A DNA stretch of 64,000 bases from Glaciihabitans sp. (GCA_025463785.1 JAODBD010000003.1:525287-589286); one strand, 5' to 3'. Numbered from the stretch's first letter, positions 34,182-44,598 are shown. The notes: generated by a model not told the origin, from the sequence alone. Numbers and translations: made by a program.

Positions 34182-34636
34182 GCTGATCCGTGCCCCTGCG
34201 CCTCGAGGATGATGTTCATGATCTGGCGCGGAGCAAAGCCCGCAACAAGCACGATCCACAGCAGAATCACGATGACGAACATCAGGCGCTGGTGACGAGC
34301 ACCGACACTCCAGAAGTCGATCAGGATGATGCGCAGGCCATTCAGGGCATGGAACCCGATGGCGATTACGAGAGCAAGCTCACCGAGACCCATGAGCGGC
34401 GTCTTGTACTCGTTGATGACACCGTTATATGCCTGCGGGGAGATGCGCACGATCGAGGTGTCGAGGATGTGCACGAGAAGGAAGAAGTAGATCGCGATAC
34501 CGGTGATGCGGTGCAGGACCCACGACCACATCCCCTCACGACCACGGTAGAGAGTTCCCGCGAAGCGTCGCGGGGGTTTGATCTTGGGCTTGGCGGCCGG
34601 CGGCGGCGCCAGGGTACCCGCCGAATTCTCTGGCAC
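34178..34636 (-). CDS. sdhC: succinate dehydrogenase cytochrome b subunit
   Basis: GTG 34636 was chosen as start because it is preceded by an AAGGAGG SD. The sequence WSWVLHRITGIAIYFFLLVHILD contains the heme-ligand His region. Confidence 0.85.
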   Translation of the reverse strand: MPENSAGTLAPPPAAKPKIKPPRRFAGTLYRGREGMWSWVLHRITGIAIYFFLLVHILDTSIVRISPQAYNGVINEYKTPLMGLGELALVIAIGFHALNGLRIILIDFWSVGARHQRLMFVIVILLWIVLVAGFAPRQIMNIILEAQGHGSA

Positions 34637-34782
34637 GAGCAACCCTCCTTGGCGGATGATCTGGACCGCGATGCTGCGATCGTGGGACGTTCTCGATGTG
34701 ATGCACGAGGTCTGACGTTCTGGATGCGAACGTCTTCCAGTGTATTCCGGCGACCAGCACGTCGCTGCCAAGGTAAGCCTAA

Positions 34783-35931
34783 TTATCTCGACTTCAAGAT
34801 AGATTTTGGCTCTGAGTTAAGAACGCCCGAACTTACCGACCGGTAGTGCCCGATCAACTCGTCGCAGACACTCTCCCAGGTGCGACCGAGAACACCCCGC
34901 CGACCGGCCTCGCCCATGCGTCTCCGGAGGGCAGGGTCGCGAGCCAGCAGTTCAACGGCTCCCCTTAGTTCTCTCGCTGACGCCGGATCGTAGAGAAAGC
35001 CGTCCACTCCATGGTCGATGAGATCGATGGGTCCACCGGCCCGCGGGGCTACGACTGGGAGCCCGGCGGCGTGCGCCTCCTGCACCGTCTGGCCGAACGT
35101 CTCCTCCTCACCCGTATGCAGGAAGACATCGAAACTGGCATATGCCGCAGCGAGCGCATCACCGTGCAACTGGCCGAGGTAGGTCACGGGCATGCCGGTG
35201 AGTGCGCGTCGCACCGCAGGCATCCCCGGTCCGTCCCCTACGACGACTATTCGGATGCCGGGAACGCCACGCAGCGCGGCCATCTTCTCGAGCTGCTTCT
35301 CCGGCGCCACGCGGCCGACATACCCGACAATGACCTCGCCTCGGGGTGAGAGGTCGGCGCGGAGCAGCCTCGCCGCATCCCCGTCCCGATTGCGCGGGTG
35401 ATAGCCAGTGAGGTCGACGCCCCGGCCCCACCGTTCGAGGCGGGTCATTCCGGCGCGCTCGAGGTCGGCCATGGTCGCCGACGACGGCACAAGAGTCAGG
35501 CTGGCGTCGCGGTGAATACGACGCATGAGTCGCCAGGCCAGTGCCGAGGCGGCGCCGAGGCGATTTCTGCGGGCGTAGCCGGCGACATCCGTTTGGAATA
35601 TCGCGACAGAGGGGATGCCGAGCCGCTTCGCAGACGCGATCGCTTCGGCCCCGAGAAGAAACGGTGAGGCGACGTGCACGATGTCGGGCCGAAAGTGCTC
35701 GATCGCCCGCTGCACGTGGAAGCCGGGCAGACCAACGGGAAACTGGCGATAGGGAAGGCTCGGAACCTCGATGACCGGGAACCCTGCGTAGCTCGCGGGT
35801 GCACCCGCCGTCGGCACCATCACGATGGCATCGTGTCCGCGCAATGCGAGGTGTTCGAGCACCTTGCAGACGCTGGTAGTCACTCCATTGACCGTGGGCA
35901 GAAAGCTTTCCGTCGTCACCAGAACGCGCAT
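34783..35931 (-). CDS. glycosyltransferase family 4 (PimB/MgtA-like alpha-mannosyltransferase)
   Basis: Internal ATG at 35931 (MRVLVTTESFLPTVNGVTTSV...). The C-terminal GT-B region reads TGEEETFGQTVQEAHAAGLPVVAPRAGG (E-x7-E type). Confidence 0.85.
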   Translation of the reverse strand: MRVLVTTESFLPTVNGVTTSVCKVLEHLALRGHDAIVMVPTAGAPASYAGFPVIEVPSLPYRQFPVGLPGFHVQRAIEHFRPDIVHVASPFLLGAEAIASAKRLGIPSVAIFQTDVAGYARRNRLGAASALAWRLMRRIHRDASLTLVPSSATMADLERAGMTRLERWGRGVDLTGYHPRNRDGDAARLLRADLSPRGEVIVGYVGRVAPEKQLEKMAALRGVPGIRIVVVGDGPGMPAVRRALTGMPVTYLGQLHGDALAAAYASFDVFLHTGEEETFGQTVQEAHAAGLPVVAPRAGGPIDLIDHGVDGFLYDPASARELRGAVELLARDPALRRRMGEAGRRGVLGRTWESVCDELIGHYRSVSSGVLNSEPKSILKSR

Positions 35932-36087
35932 GTTCGTCACGTTACGGACGTGCGCTGGCTGGGCAATGACTACGCCGTGGCCGCGCGGTGGCTGGCGAGT
36001 GAACGCGGCAGTGTCCCACTGCTGCATCGCACTGCTCGCGTTGGTCCGCACGTTTTCCGCTGGTACGCACCGTCTATGGTTATTCGC

Positions 36088-37209
36088 ATGACAGAGCGGC
36101 AAAGCGGCCTTGACCGGTTTTACAGTGTGATCCCGGCGGGCGGCATCGGTTCCCGGCTCTGGCCGCTGTCTCGGGCGGATGCCCCCAAGTTCCTGCACGA
36201 TCTCACCGGCTCGGGTCACACGCTCCTGCGCGACACCTGGGATCGGCTCGCGCCGCTGTCGGGCCCCGGCCGCATCATGGTCGTCACGGGTCGCGCGCAT
36301 CGCGCAGCTGTTGAGGCGCAGCTGCCCGAGCTCGAAGACCTGAACGTTGTTCTCGAGAGCGAGGGCAAGGATTCGTCCGCCGCCATCGGTCTTGCGGCGG
36401 CCATCCTGCTCGAGCGCGAACCCAACGTGATCATCGGCTCGTTCGCCGCGGACCACGTCATCGGCAACACACGTCGTTTCAAGCGTGCGGTGATCGAAGC
36501 GGTCGCGGCGGCCGACGCCGGATACATCGCAACCCTCGGCATCTCGCCGACGGAACCGGCCATCGGTTTCGGCTACATCAGCTGCGGGGAAGCCCTCACC
36601 ATCGATGGAGCGCCCAGCGCGCTCTCGGTCGTCAACTTCGTCGAGAAACCCAACCTCGAGACCGCTCGCCGCTACCTGAGCGAGGGCAGCTACCTCTGGA
36701 ACGCCGGAATGTTCATTGCCCGAGCGGATCGACTCCTCGACCAGATGGCCGAGTCCGAGCCGGAGCTTGTGGCCGGCCTGCGGGAACTCGCCGCCGCCTG
36801 GGACACCCCGCAGCGTGGAGCGGTCGTCGACCGCGTCTGGCCGGGGCTCCCGAAGATCGCGATCGACTACACGGTTGCGGAACCGGCAGCAGCGGCGGGC
36901 AAGCTCGCGGTCATCCCCGGCGACTTCGACTGGGATGACGTCGGCGACTTCGCGTCGATCGCCAAATTGCATTCCGCCGGCCGCAATTCCGACCTCGCGA
37001 TCCTCGGAGAGGGTGCCCGCGTCCTCGCCGACTCGTCGACGGGCGTCGTCGTCAGCCAGAGCAAGCGGCTGATCTCGCTGATCGGCGTCACAAACATCGT
37101 CGTCGTCGACACCGATGACGCCCTTTTGGTGACAACGACGGACAACGCCCAGCGCGTCAAAGCGGTCGTAGACGCACTTAAGTTGTCCGGACGCAACGAT
37201 GTCTTGTAA
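36088..37209 (+). CDS. manC: mannose-1-phosphate guanylyltransferase
   Basis: Internal ATG at 36088. The nucleotidyltransferase motif is IPAGGIGSRLWPLSR. Confidence 0.88.
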   Translation: MTERQSGLDRFYSVIPAGGIGSRLWPLSRADAPKFLHDLTGSGHTLLRDTWDRLAPLSGPGRIMVVTGRAHRAAVEAQLPELEDLNVVLESEGKDSSAAIGLAAAILLEREPNVIIGSFAADHVIGNTRRFKRAVIEAVAAADAGYIATLGISPTEPAIGFGYISCGEALTIDGAPSALSVVNFVEKPNLETARRYLSEGSYLWNAGMFIARADRLLDQMAESEPELVAGLRELAAAWDTPQRGAVVDRVWPGLPKIAIDYTVAEPAAAAGKLAVIPGDFDWDDVGDFASIAKLHSAGRNSDLAILGEGARVLADSSTGVVVSQSKRLISLIGVTNIVVVDTDDALLVTTTDNAQRVKAVVDALKLSGRNDVL

Positions 37210-37220
37210 ATACCGCGACT

Positions 37221-37243
37221 AATCCGGTCGAAACCGCCGGATT
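37221..37243 (+). terminator. hairpin after manC
   Basis: AATCCGG, 9 nt loop, CCGGATT, followed by TCGGGGG. There is no clear U-tract. Confidence 0.35.
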
Positions 37244-37388
37244 TCGGGGGTAATCATTTCGGCTTCATTACAAGACAGTCGCGGCTTTGTAACCTTTGGC
37301 TACCCAGTCCAAATCTGGTGCTAGTGCGCACCGTAACATTCGGTAACGTGTATCAATCACGCCCGGCAACCGCTGCCGTGGCTGCTCT

Positions 37389-38495
37389 ATGGAGGCCCTT
37401 TTGAGAATCACATCTCGCGCAGCCGTTTTCACCGGCGTAGCGATCGCCAGCATTGCCCTCCTCGCGGGCTGTGCCGCAGCACCGACCACGACGCCCCAGG
37501 CAAGTGCGCCTGCCAAGTCGAAGTACCTGCCCTGCATCGTTTCTGACGCCGGCGGATTCAACGACCACTCGTTCAACCAGCTCGGCCTCCAGGGCGTGCA
37601 GGAGGCTGCCAAGAAGATCGGCAGCAGCTCCAAGCAGGTCCAGTCACAGACCGCATCCGACTCCGTTTACGAGTCGAACATCACGAACCTCATCGGCCAG
37701 GGCTGCAACATCATCGTTGCATCCGGCTTCAACCTGGTGACCGCGGTCAAGACCGACGCAGCGACCAGCGCGAAGACGGACTTCGCCATGATCGACGACA
37801 ACTCCATCAAGGCTCCGAACGTCAAGCCCGTTGTCTTCGAGACGGATGAGGCCGCGTTCCTCGGTGGCTACGCAGCAGCGGCATATAGCAAGAGCGGCGT
37901 CGTTGCGACGTACGGTGGCGCTGCCTACCCGTCGGTCACCATCTACATGGACGGCATCGCTGACGGCGTCGCGTACTACAACCAGCAGAAGAACGCTCAC
38001 GTCAAGGTTCTCGGCTGGAACGTAACGACCCAGAAGGGCACCTTCGTCGGTGACTTCAGTTCGCAGAACAAGTCGAAGACGATCGCTCAGAACTTCATCA
38101 ACGACAAGGCCGACGTCATCATCCCGGTTGCCGGCTCGCTCTACGAGGGTGCTGCCGCTGCGATCAAGTCGTCTGGTGGCTCCGCAGTGCTCGAGGGTGT
38201 TGACGCTGACATCTACAACACCGACACCAACGGATACAAGGGCCTGTTCCTGACGTCCATCCTGAAGAACATCCAGCCGTCTGTCGCGGCTGTCGTCGAG
38301 CAGGCCGCCGGTGGCGGAACCTTCGACAACAGCCAGTACGTCGGCACCTTGAAGAACAACGGAGTTGGCATCGCGCCGTTCCACGACTTCGAGTCGAAGG
38401 TTCCCGCGACGCTGGCTGCAGAGCTCGCCACGATTAAGGCCGGAATCATCTCGGGCTCGATCAAGGTCACCTCGCCGTCCACGTTCAACAAGTAA
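37389..38495 (+). CDS. BMP-family (PnrA/Med-like) ABC substrate-binding lipoprotein, probable nucleoside binding
   Basis: Lipobox LLAGC. The family pattern is DAGGFNDHSFNQ. Confidence 0.88.
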   Translation: MEALLRITSRAAVFTGVAIASIALLAGCAAAPTTTPQASAPAKSKYLPCIVSDAGGFNDHSFNQLGLQGVQEAAKKIGSSSKQVQSQTASDSVYESNITNLIGQGCNIIVASGFNLVTAVKTDAATSAKTDFAMIDDNSIKAPNVKPVVFETDEAAFLGGYAAAAYSKSGVVATYGGAAYPSVTIYMDGIADGVAYYNQQKNAHVKVLGWNVTTQKGTFVGDFSSQNKSKTIAQNFINDKADVIIPVAGSLYEGAAAAIKSSGGSAVLEGVDADIYNTDTNGYKGLFLTSILKNIQPSVAAVVEQAAGGGTFDNSQYVGTLKNNGVGIAPFHDFESKVPATLAAELATIKAGIISGSIKVTSPSTFNK

Positions 38496-38607
38496 TCAGA
38501 TCGCGCTCGGTCACCTGATCGAGACATACACGGACCCGGCCATCTGGTCGGGTCCGTGTACGTTCTGCGGTCGCGTTACCTGCGCATCGCTATCTAGAGT
38601 GAGTCCC

Positions 38608-40128
38608 ATGAAGCTCGAACTACGCGGCATCACCAAGCGTTTCGGAGCCCTGGTCGCCAACGATCACATTGATTTGGTCGTTCAGCCGGGCGAAATCCAC
38701 TGCCTTCTCGGAGAGAACGGGGCAGGCAAATCAACGCTGATGAACGTGCTCTACGGCCTCTACCAGGCCGATGAGGGCGAAATCCTGCTGGATGATGTCG
38801 TCCAGCATTTCGCCGGGCCAGGCGACGCAATGCGCGCCGGAATCGGGATGGTGCACCAGCATTTCATGCTCATCCCCGTCTTTACGGTCGCTGAGAATGT
38901 GATGCTCGGGCACGAAGAGACCAAGTTCGGCGGCACGCTCGATATTGCGGCCGCACGCGCAAAGGTGCGCGAAATCTCGAGCCGTTTCGGTTTCGACGTC
39001 GATCCGGATGCGCTCGTCGAAGACCTTCCCGTCGGCGTGCAGCAGCGGGTCGAAATCATCAAGGCGCTCTCGAGGGATGCCAAGGTTCTGGTGTTCGACG
39101 AACCCACCGCTGTCCTGACTCCGCAGGAGACGGACGAGCTCATGGCGATCATGGAGCAGCTGAAGAAGACGGGCACCGGCATCGTCTTCATCACGCACAA
39201 GCTGCGTGAGGTGCGTGAGGTCGCAGACAGGATCACGGTCATCCGGCTCGGAAAGGTCGTGGGGGAGGCATCCCCGACAGCCTCGAACGAGGAGATGGCG
39301 TCGATGATGGTCGGCCGCGCCGTCGAACTCACGATTGCCAGGACGGCGCATGAGGAGGGCGGCCCCGCGCTCGTTGTGAGCGGTGTTTCCGTGGTTGACG
39401 TTCGCGGGCAGGTCGTCGTCGATGACGTCAGCTTCGACGTGAAGGCAGGCGAGATCCTCGCGATCGCCGGCGTGCAGGGTAACGGCCAGACCGAGCTCAC
39501 CGAGGCCCTGTTCGGGCTCGAACACAACGTGACGGGGACGATCGCGCTCAACGGCAGGAACCTGCGCGGGCTGAGTGTTCGCAAGGTTCTTGATGCCGGA
39601 GTCGGGTTTATCCCGGAAGACAGGCAGGATGACGGCCTCGTGGCCGAATTCACAATCGCGGAGAACCTGATGCTCGACCGTTCGGACGGCGAACCGTTCG
39701 TCAAGTTCGGCAACCTGCAGCGCGCGTATGTCAACGAGTTCGCGGCGACCAAGGTCAGAGAGTTTGACGTGCGAGCGCAGGGAATCACGACCCCGGTCGG
39801 CCGGCTTTCCGGTGGCAACCAGCAGAAAGTCGTGCTGGCGCGCGAGCTCAGTCGCAAGCTCAGCCTCCTCGTGGCGGCCCAGCCGACCAGGGGACTGGAT
39901 GTCGGATCAATCGAGTTCGTTCACGAACAGATCATTGCGGCACGCGACTCCGGCATCCCGGTCATCGTCATTTCAACCGAGCTCGACGAAGTCGTCGCGC
40001 TCGCCGACCGCATCGCAGTGATGTACCGCGGCACGATCATTGGGATCGTGCCCGGTACAACCTCACGAGAGGTGCTCGGCCTCATGATGGCTGGCGAACT
40101 GCCAGCAGGAACGGAACTCGCAGCATGA
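38608..40128 (+). CDS. ABC transporter ATP-binding protein (duplicated ABC domains)
   Basis: Internal ATG at 38608 (MKLELRGITKRFG). Walker A is GENGAGKST, and the second domain has LSGGNQQK. Confidence 0.9.
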   Translation: MKLELRGITKRFGALVANDHIDLVVQPGEIHCLLGENGAGKSTLMNVLYGLYQADEGEILLDDVVQHFAGPGDAMRAGIGMVHQHFMLIPVFTVAENVMLGHEETKFGGTLDIAAARAKVREISSRFGFDVDPDALVEDLPVGVQQRVEIIKALSRDAKVLVFDEPTAVLTPQETDELMAIMEQLKKTGTGIVFITHKLREVREVADRITVIRLGKVVGEASPTASNEEMASMMVGRAVELTIARTAHEEGGPALVVSGVSVVDVRGQVVVDDVSFDVKAGEILAIAGVQGNGQTELTEALFGLEHNVTGTIALNGRNLRGLSVRKVLDAGVGFIPEDRQDDGLVAEFTIAENLMLDRSDGEPFVKFGNLQRAYVNEFAATKVREFDVRAQGITTPVGRLSGGNQQKVVLARELSRKLSLLVAAQPTRGLDVGSIEFVHEQIIAARDSGIPVIVISTELDEVVALADRIAVMYRGTIIGIVPGTTSREVLGLMMAGELPAGTELAA

Positions 40129-41510
40129 GCGACGATAAGGGCACGGGTTCAGGCGGCGCGGCAGATGATGCCTCGGGCGGAGCCGGAGTTTCCGACCAGC
40201 TCGAGGCGGGCCAGGCACCCATAGCTGCACCTCTCACCGCGGTGGATGTCGACCAGATCCCGGAAGAGCAGCGCGCACCCGAGGTCGACTCGTCGACATC
40301 AAGCTCGGACTCGCGGTTCGCCGAGATCGCGCGGTCGATCGCCACCGGCAGCGGGCTCCTCTCGATCCTTGCCGTCGTCATCGCCCTGGTGGTCGGCGCG
40401 CTTCTCATCATCGTGACCAATCCGGAGGTGCAGACCGCGTCGACCTACTTCTTCGGGCGACCGGCCGACACCTTCGCTGCGATGTGGCATGCGGTGTCCG
40501 GCGCGTACGTGTCGCTGTTCCAGGGCGGGGTCTTCGATCCGACCGCAACGTCGTTTGCTGGCCAGGTGGCACCCATCCTGAACAGCATCGGATTTGCCAC
40601 GCCGCTGATCGCGGCCGGTCTCGGCATCGCTCTCGCGTTCAGGGCCGGCCTGTTCAATATTGGCGCGCAGGGCCAGCTGCTGATTGGTGGGATGCTTGGC
40701 GGCTGGGTCGGCTTCGGGCTGCCGCTGCCGCCCGTGCTTCACCTCATCGTCGCGGTGCTCGCGGCCATCGCCGGCGGCGCTCTCTGGGCGTTCATCGTCG
40801 GTTTCCTGAAGGCGCGCACGGGCGCTCACGAAGTCATCGTAACGATCATGCTCAACTACGTCGCCGTCTACCTGCTGGCCTATCTGCTGACCACTCCGTT
40901 CCTGCAGGCGCCGGGGTCGAACAACCCGAAGAGTCCGGACATCCTGCCGACCGCGCAGTTTCCGAATCTGCTCGGCACGGGCTTCGATCTGAACCTTGGC
41001 ATCGTGCTCGTAGTCGTCGCAACCGTGTTCACCTGGTGGCTGCTTGGCCGCTCGAGCCTTGGGTTCAAGTTTCGCGCCGTCGGTGAGAACCCGAAGGCGG
41101 CCCGGGTGGCCGGCATCGACGTGCCGCGCATCTACATCTACGTCATGGTGCTCTCGGGAGCGCTGGTCGGACTCGCGAGTGCTTACCAGGTGCTCGGCCA
41201 GGGTCCGGGCGGAATCACGGGCGGACTGGATGCAGGGATCGGATTCAACGCGATCACGGTTGCGCTGCTCGGTCGTTCGCGTCCGTGGGGAGTCTTTGCG
41301 GCGGGCATCCTGTTCGGGATCTTCGAGGCCGGCGGATACCGGATGCAGGCCGCGTACGGGGTCAACCTCAACATCGTTTCGGTCGTCCAGTCGGTCATCG
41401 TGCTATTCATTGCAGCGCCGCCGCTCGTGCGGACGATTTTCAGACTGCCAGCCCCCGGGTCAACCCGAAAAAGTTCCCGCTCGACACGGAAGGGTTTGGC
41501 CACCAATTGA
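40125..41510 (+). CDS. ABC transporter permease (BMP-system)
   Basis: ATGA overlap with the ATPase. An acidic N-terminal extension of about 80 aa precedes the polytopic core. Confidence 0.85.
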   Translation: MSDDKGTGSGGAADDASGGAGVSDQLEAGQAPIAAPLTAVDVDQIPEEQRAPEVDSSTSSSDSRFAEIARSIATGSGLLSILAVVIALVVGALLIIVTNPEVQTASTYFFGRPADTFAAMWHAVSGAYVSLFQGGVFDPTATSFAGQVAPILNSIGFATPLIAAGLGIALAFRAGLFNIGAQGQLLIGGMLGGWVGFGLPLPPVLHLIVAVLAAIAGGALWAFIVGFLKARTGAHEVIVTIMLNYVAVYLLAYLLTTPFLQAPGSNNPKSPDILPTAQFPNLLGTGFDLNLGIVLVVVATVFTWWLLGRSSLGFKFRAVGENPKAARVAGIDVPRIYIYVMVLSGALVGLASAYQVLGQGPGGITGGLDAGIGFNAITVALLGRSRPWGVFAAGILFGIFEAGGYRMQAAYGVNLNIVSVVQSVIVLFIAAPPLVRTIFRLPAPGSTRKSSRSTRKGLATN

Positions 41511-42796
41511 CCAGTCTCGACTCAACGCCCCTCATCGCCAAGCTTCGCTCGTCCACTGTCGCATCGCTTCCACGGAGCTGGAAGGCGCCGATCACTCTCG
41601 GCATCTTCGCGGTCATCTGCATCCTTCTGTTCATCGTTTTCGGGCGAAGCGGCTCGACGCACTTCTCCTTCACCGCGGGGCAGACGGGTGCTTTTCAACT
41701 TTCATTGCTGACCGTTCCCACGCGTGCAACCGGAATCGCCGTCACCGTCATCGCCGTGCTCATGGCGCTCGTCAGCATCCGATTCGCCTATGGCAAGCGC
41801 AAGACGCCACTGTGGTTTGTCACGATCTACGCGATTGTCGTCCTGGTCGGATTTCTGACCTGGGTGTCATCCGGGCCGCAGCCGCTCGCGGTCACCGGCC
41901 TGCTCGCGGGGTCTCTCGCCCTCGCGACACCGCTGATCTTCGGTGCGCTCGGCGGAGTTGTGTCTGAGCGGGTGGGTGTCGTCAACGTTGCAATCGAGGG
42001 TCAGTTGCTCGCCGGAGCGTTCGTCTCCGCGATTGTGGCATCTGTCACCCAATCGCTCGTGCTCGGTGTGTTGTCTGCGATGGTCGCGGGTCTGCTTGTG
42101 TCATCCGTCCTCGCGGCGTTCTCGATCAATTACCTTGTCGACCAGGTCATTGTCGGCGTCGTGCTCAACGTTCTGGTACTCGGGCTCACGAGCTTCTTCT
42201 ACTCGACGACACTCACCGTAAATGCTGCGCTCAACACGCCGCCGTCGTTTTCGCCGCTGGCCATACCGGTGCTGAGCCTGATACCGGTGATCGGGCCGGT
42301 GCTGTTCAATCAGACGATCATCGTGTACCTCATGTACCTCGCGATCGCGGGTGTGTTCTACGCGCTGTTCTTCACGCGGTGGGGCCTGCGCGTTCGGTCG
42401 GTTGGCGAGCATCCACAGGCCGCGGACACCGTTGGCATCAATGTGGCGCGCACCCGACTCTGGACCGTCTCGCTGGCGGGCGCGATCGCCGGCCTCGGCG
42501 GCGCGTACTACACGCTCGGGTCTGGCCTCGGGTTCACGATCAATCTGACCAACGGTGACGGATTCATCGCACTCGCTGCGGTGATCTTCGGTCGCTGGAA
42601 TCCCATCCGGGCGACTCTGGCTGCCCTCATGTTCGGGTTCGCCGAGAACCTGCAGTACGTGATTGGCGAGAACTCGCCGATTCCGAGTCAGATCCTGCTG
42701 ATGTTGCCATACGTGGTCACCATCTTCGCCGTCGCTGGCCTGGTCGGGCAGGTGCGGGCGCCTGCGGCATCCGGCCGTCCGTACATTAAGTCGTGA
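41507..42796 (+). CDS. ABC transporter permease (BMP-system, second subunit)
   Basis: The ORF is open from 41285. TTG 41507, which overlaps the previous stop (TTGA), was chosen because the next in-frame ATG would delete TM1. The start has low certainty. Confidence 0.8.
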   Translation: MTSLDSTPLIAKLRSSTVASLPRSWKAPITLGIFAVICILLFIVFGRSGSTHFSFTAGQTGAFQLSLLTVPTRATGIAVTVIAVLMALVSIRFAYGKRKTPLWFVTIYAIVVLVGFLTWVSSGPQPLAVTGLLAGSLALATPLIFGALGGVVSERVGVVNVAIEGQLLAGAFVSAIVASVTQSLVLGVLSAMVAGLLVSSVLAAFSINYLVDQVIVGVVLNVLVLGLTSFFYSTTLTVNAALNTPPSFSPLAIPVLSLIPVIGPVLFNQTIIVYLMYLAIAGVFYALFFTRWGLRVRSVGEHPQAADTVGINVARTRLWTVSLAGAIAGLGGAYYTLGSGLGFTINLTNGDGFIALAAVIFGRWNPIRATLAALMFGFAENLQYVIGENSPIPSQILLMLPYVVTIFAVAGLVGQVRAPAASGRPYIKS

Positions 42797-42885
42797 GTGA
42801 AGAAGTCGTGCGTGACGAAGTCGTGAGTGAAGAAGTCGTGAGTGAAGATTTGAGTGAGAAGTCTCGAGTGAAAAATCGTGAGTGA
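42793..42885 (+). repeat. 15-bp tandem array (GTGAGTGAAGAAGTC x about 6, decaying) forming a 30-codon mini-ORF
   Basis: Units start at 42793, 42808, 42823, 42838, 42853 and 42868. GTG 42793 overlaps the permease stop TGA (42794-96). The mini-ORF stop TGA (42883-85) lies 5 nt inside cdd. Confidence 0.85.
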
Positions 42886-43306
42886 GCCTGTGAGCGATTC
42901 AGCGATCACATCCATCGACTGGGATGCCCTTCGGGCGGTCGCGCTGGAGGCCATGGGGCACGCGTACGTTCCCTACTCGCGCTTCCCGGTGGGGGTCGCC
43001 GCGATCGTCGACGATGGCAGAGTGATCTCCGGATGCAACGTCGAGAACGCCTCGTACGGTCTGACCCTGTGCGCCGAGTGCGCCCTCGTGTCGTCGCTGC
43101 ACATGACGGGTGGCGGCCGGCTGGTCGCGTTCACCTGCGTCGACGGCAAGGGTGGAGCGCTCATGCCCTGTGGCCGCTGCCGGCAACTCCTGTATGAACA
43201 CTCGGCCCCTGGGATGCTGCTTGAGACGGTGTCAGGCATCAAGACCATCGATGAGGTCATCCCTGACGCGTTCGGGCCGCGCACCCTCGAGGAGTTTCGC
43301 GCGTGA
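42878..43306 (+). CDS. cdd: cytidine deaminase
   Basis: 142 aa with zinc motifs CAECALV and PCGRCRQ. Confidence 0.93.
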   Translation: MSEPVSDSAITSIDWDALRAVALEAMGHAYVPYSRFPVGVAAIVDDGRVISGCNVENASYGLTLCAECALVSSLHMTGGGRLVAFTCVDGKGGALMPCGRCRQLLYEHSAPGMLLETVSGIKTIDEVIPDAFGPRTLEEFRA

Positions 43307-44598
43307 TTGAACAGTTCGACGTGGTCGACCTCATCCACACAAAGCGCGACCGCGGCATCCTGTCCACAGATCAGATCAACTGGATGATTGACGCCTACAC
43401 CCGCGGATACATTGCTGATGAGCAGATGTCGGCCATGACGATGGCGATCTACCTCAACGGCATGGAGCGGTCGGAGATTCGCGACCTCACTCTCGCGATG
43501 GTCGCGACGGGGGAGCGGCTCGACTTCTCCGGGCTATCGAAGAAGACAACGGATAAGCACTCGACGGGAGGCGTTGGCGACAAGATCACGCTTCCGCTTG
43601 CGCCGCTGGTCGCCTCGTTCGGGGTGGCCGTGCCGCAATTGTCGGGGCGTGGGCTCGGGCACACAGGGGGCACGCTCGACAAGCTCGAGAGCATCCCGGG
43701 CTGGCGGGCGCACCTGTCGACCGAGGAGTTCTATTCCCAGCTTGATGCGGTCGGTGCTGTCGTCTGTGCTGCCAGCGCAGACCTCGCCCCGGCCGACGGC
43801 AAGCTGTACGCGCTGCGCGACATCACGGGCACGGTTGAGTCGATTCCGCTCATCGCTTCGTCGATCATGAGCAAGAAGATCGCTGAGGGAACGGCCGCGC
43901 TCGTGCTCGACGTAAAGTTCGGTTCCGGTGCGTTTATGAAGGATCCCGCGCGCAGCCGAGAGCTCGCCGAGACTATGGTGCGACTCGGAACGGATGCCGG
44001 GGTAGCGACGGTCGCCCTGCTGACGAACATGAATGTTCCGCTTGGCCTTGCAATCGGGAACGCGAACGAGGTGCGCGAATCGGTCGAGGTTCTGGCGGGT
44101 GGTGGCCCGGCGGATGTCATCGAGCTCACGCTCGCGCTTGCTCGCGAGATGCTCGCGCTCGCCGGACAGCCCGACGCGGATGTCGAGGCAGCCCTCGCGG
44201 ACGGCCGCGCCATGGACACCTGGCGCCGGATGATTTCCGCCCAGGGTGGTGACCCATCCGCCGCACTGCCGACGCCGCGCGAAAGTCACGTCGTTCTCGC
44301 CCCGTCATCCGGGGTTCTTGTCTCGCAGGAGGCGCTGCCGTTTGGCGTCGCGGCATGGCGGCTCGGAGCCGGGCGAGCCCGACAGCAGGATCCGGTACAG
44401 CATGCCGCCGGCATCGACCTGCACGCGAAGCCCGGCGACCTCGTGACCGCCGGTCAGCCGCTGTTTACGCTGCACACCGACGAGCCCGCACGCTTCGATC
44501 GCGCGCTCGAAGTGCTGGAGGGTGCATACACGATTGGGAGTGTGGGGGATTCGGTCGACGACGGTGGTCCGCTCATCCTGGATCGGGTGACCGCGTAG
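43303..44598 (+). CDS. deoA: thymidine (pyrimidine-nucleoside) phosphorylase
   Basis: 431 aa with the DKHSTGGVGDK motif. ATGA-type overlap with cdd. Confidence 0.93.
   Translation: MIEQFDVVDLIHTKRDRGILSTDQINWMIDAYTRGYIADEQMSAMTMAIYLNGMERSEIRDLTLAMVATGERLDFSGLSKKTTDKHSTGGVGDKITLPLAPLVASFGVAVPQLSGRGLGHTGGTLDKLESIPGWRAHLSTEEFYSQLDAVGAVVCAASADLAPADGKLYALRDITGTVESIPLIASSIMSKKIAEGTAALVLDVKFGSGAFMKDPARSRELAETMVRLGTDAGVATVALLTNMNVPLGLAIGNANEVRESVEVLAGGGPADVIELTLALAREMLALAGQPDADVEAALADGRAMDTWRRMISAQGGDPSAALPTPRESHVVLAPSSGVLVSQEALPFGVAAWRLGAGRARQQDPVQHAAGIDLHAKPGDLVTAGQPLFTLHTDEPARFDRALEVLEGAYTIGSVGDSVDDGGPLILDRVTA

Noticed and set aside
37300-37389. Purine/2'-dG riboswitch upstream of the nucleoside-binding lipoprotein gene (CACCGTAACATTCGG at about 37329-37343 resembles the ACCGUAAAU L3 region).
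   Set aside because: The other invariant parts of the purine aptamer (the UAUAAU junction, the GGAUAUGG L2 and a P1 helix) are absent, so the match is a short coincidence.
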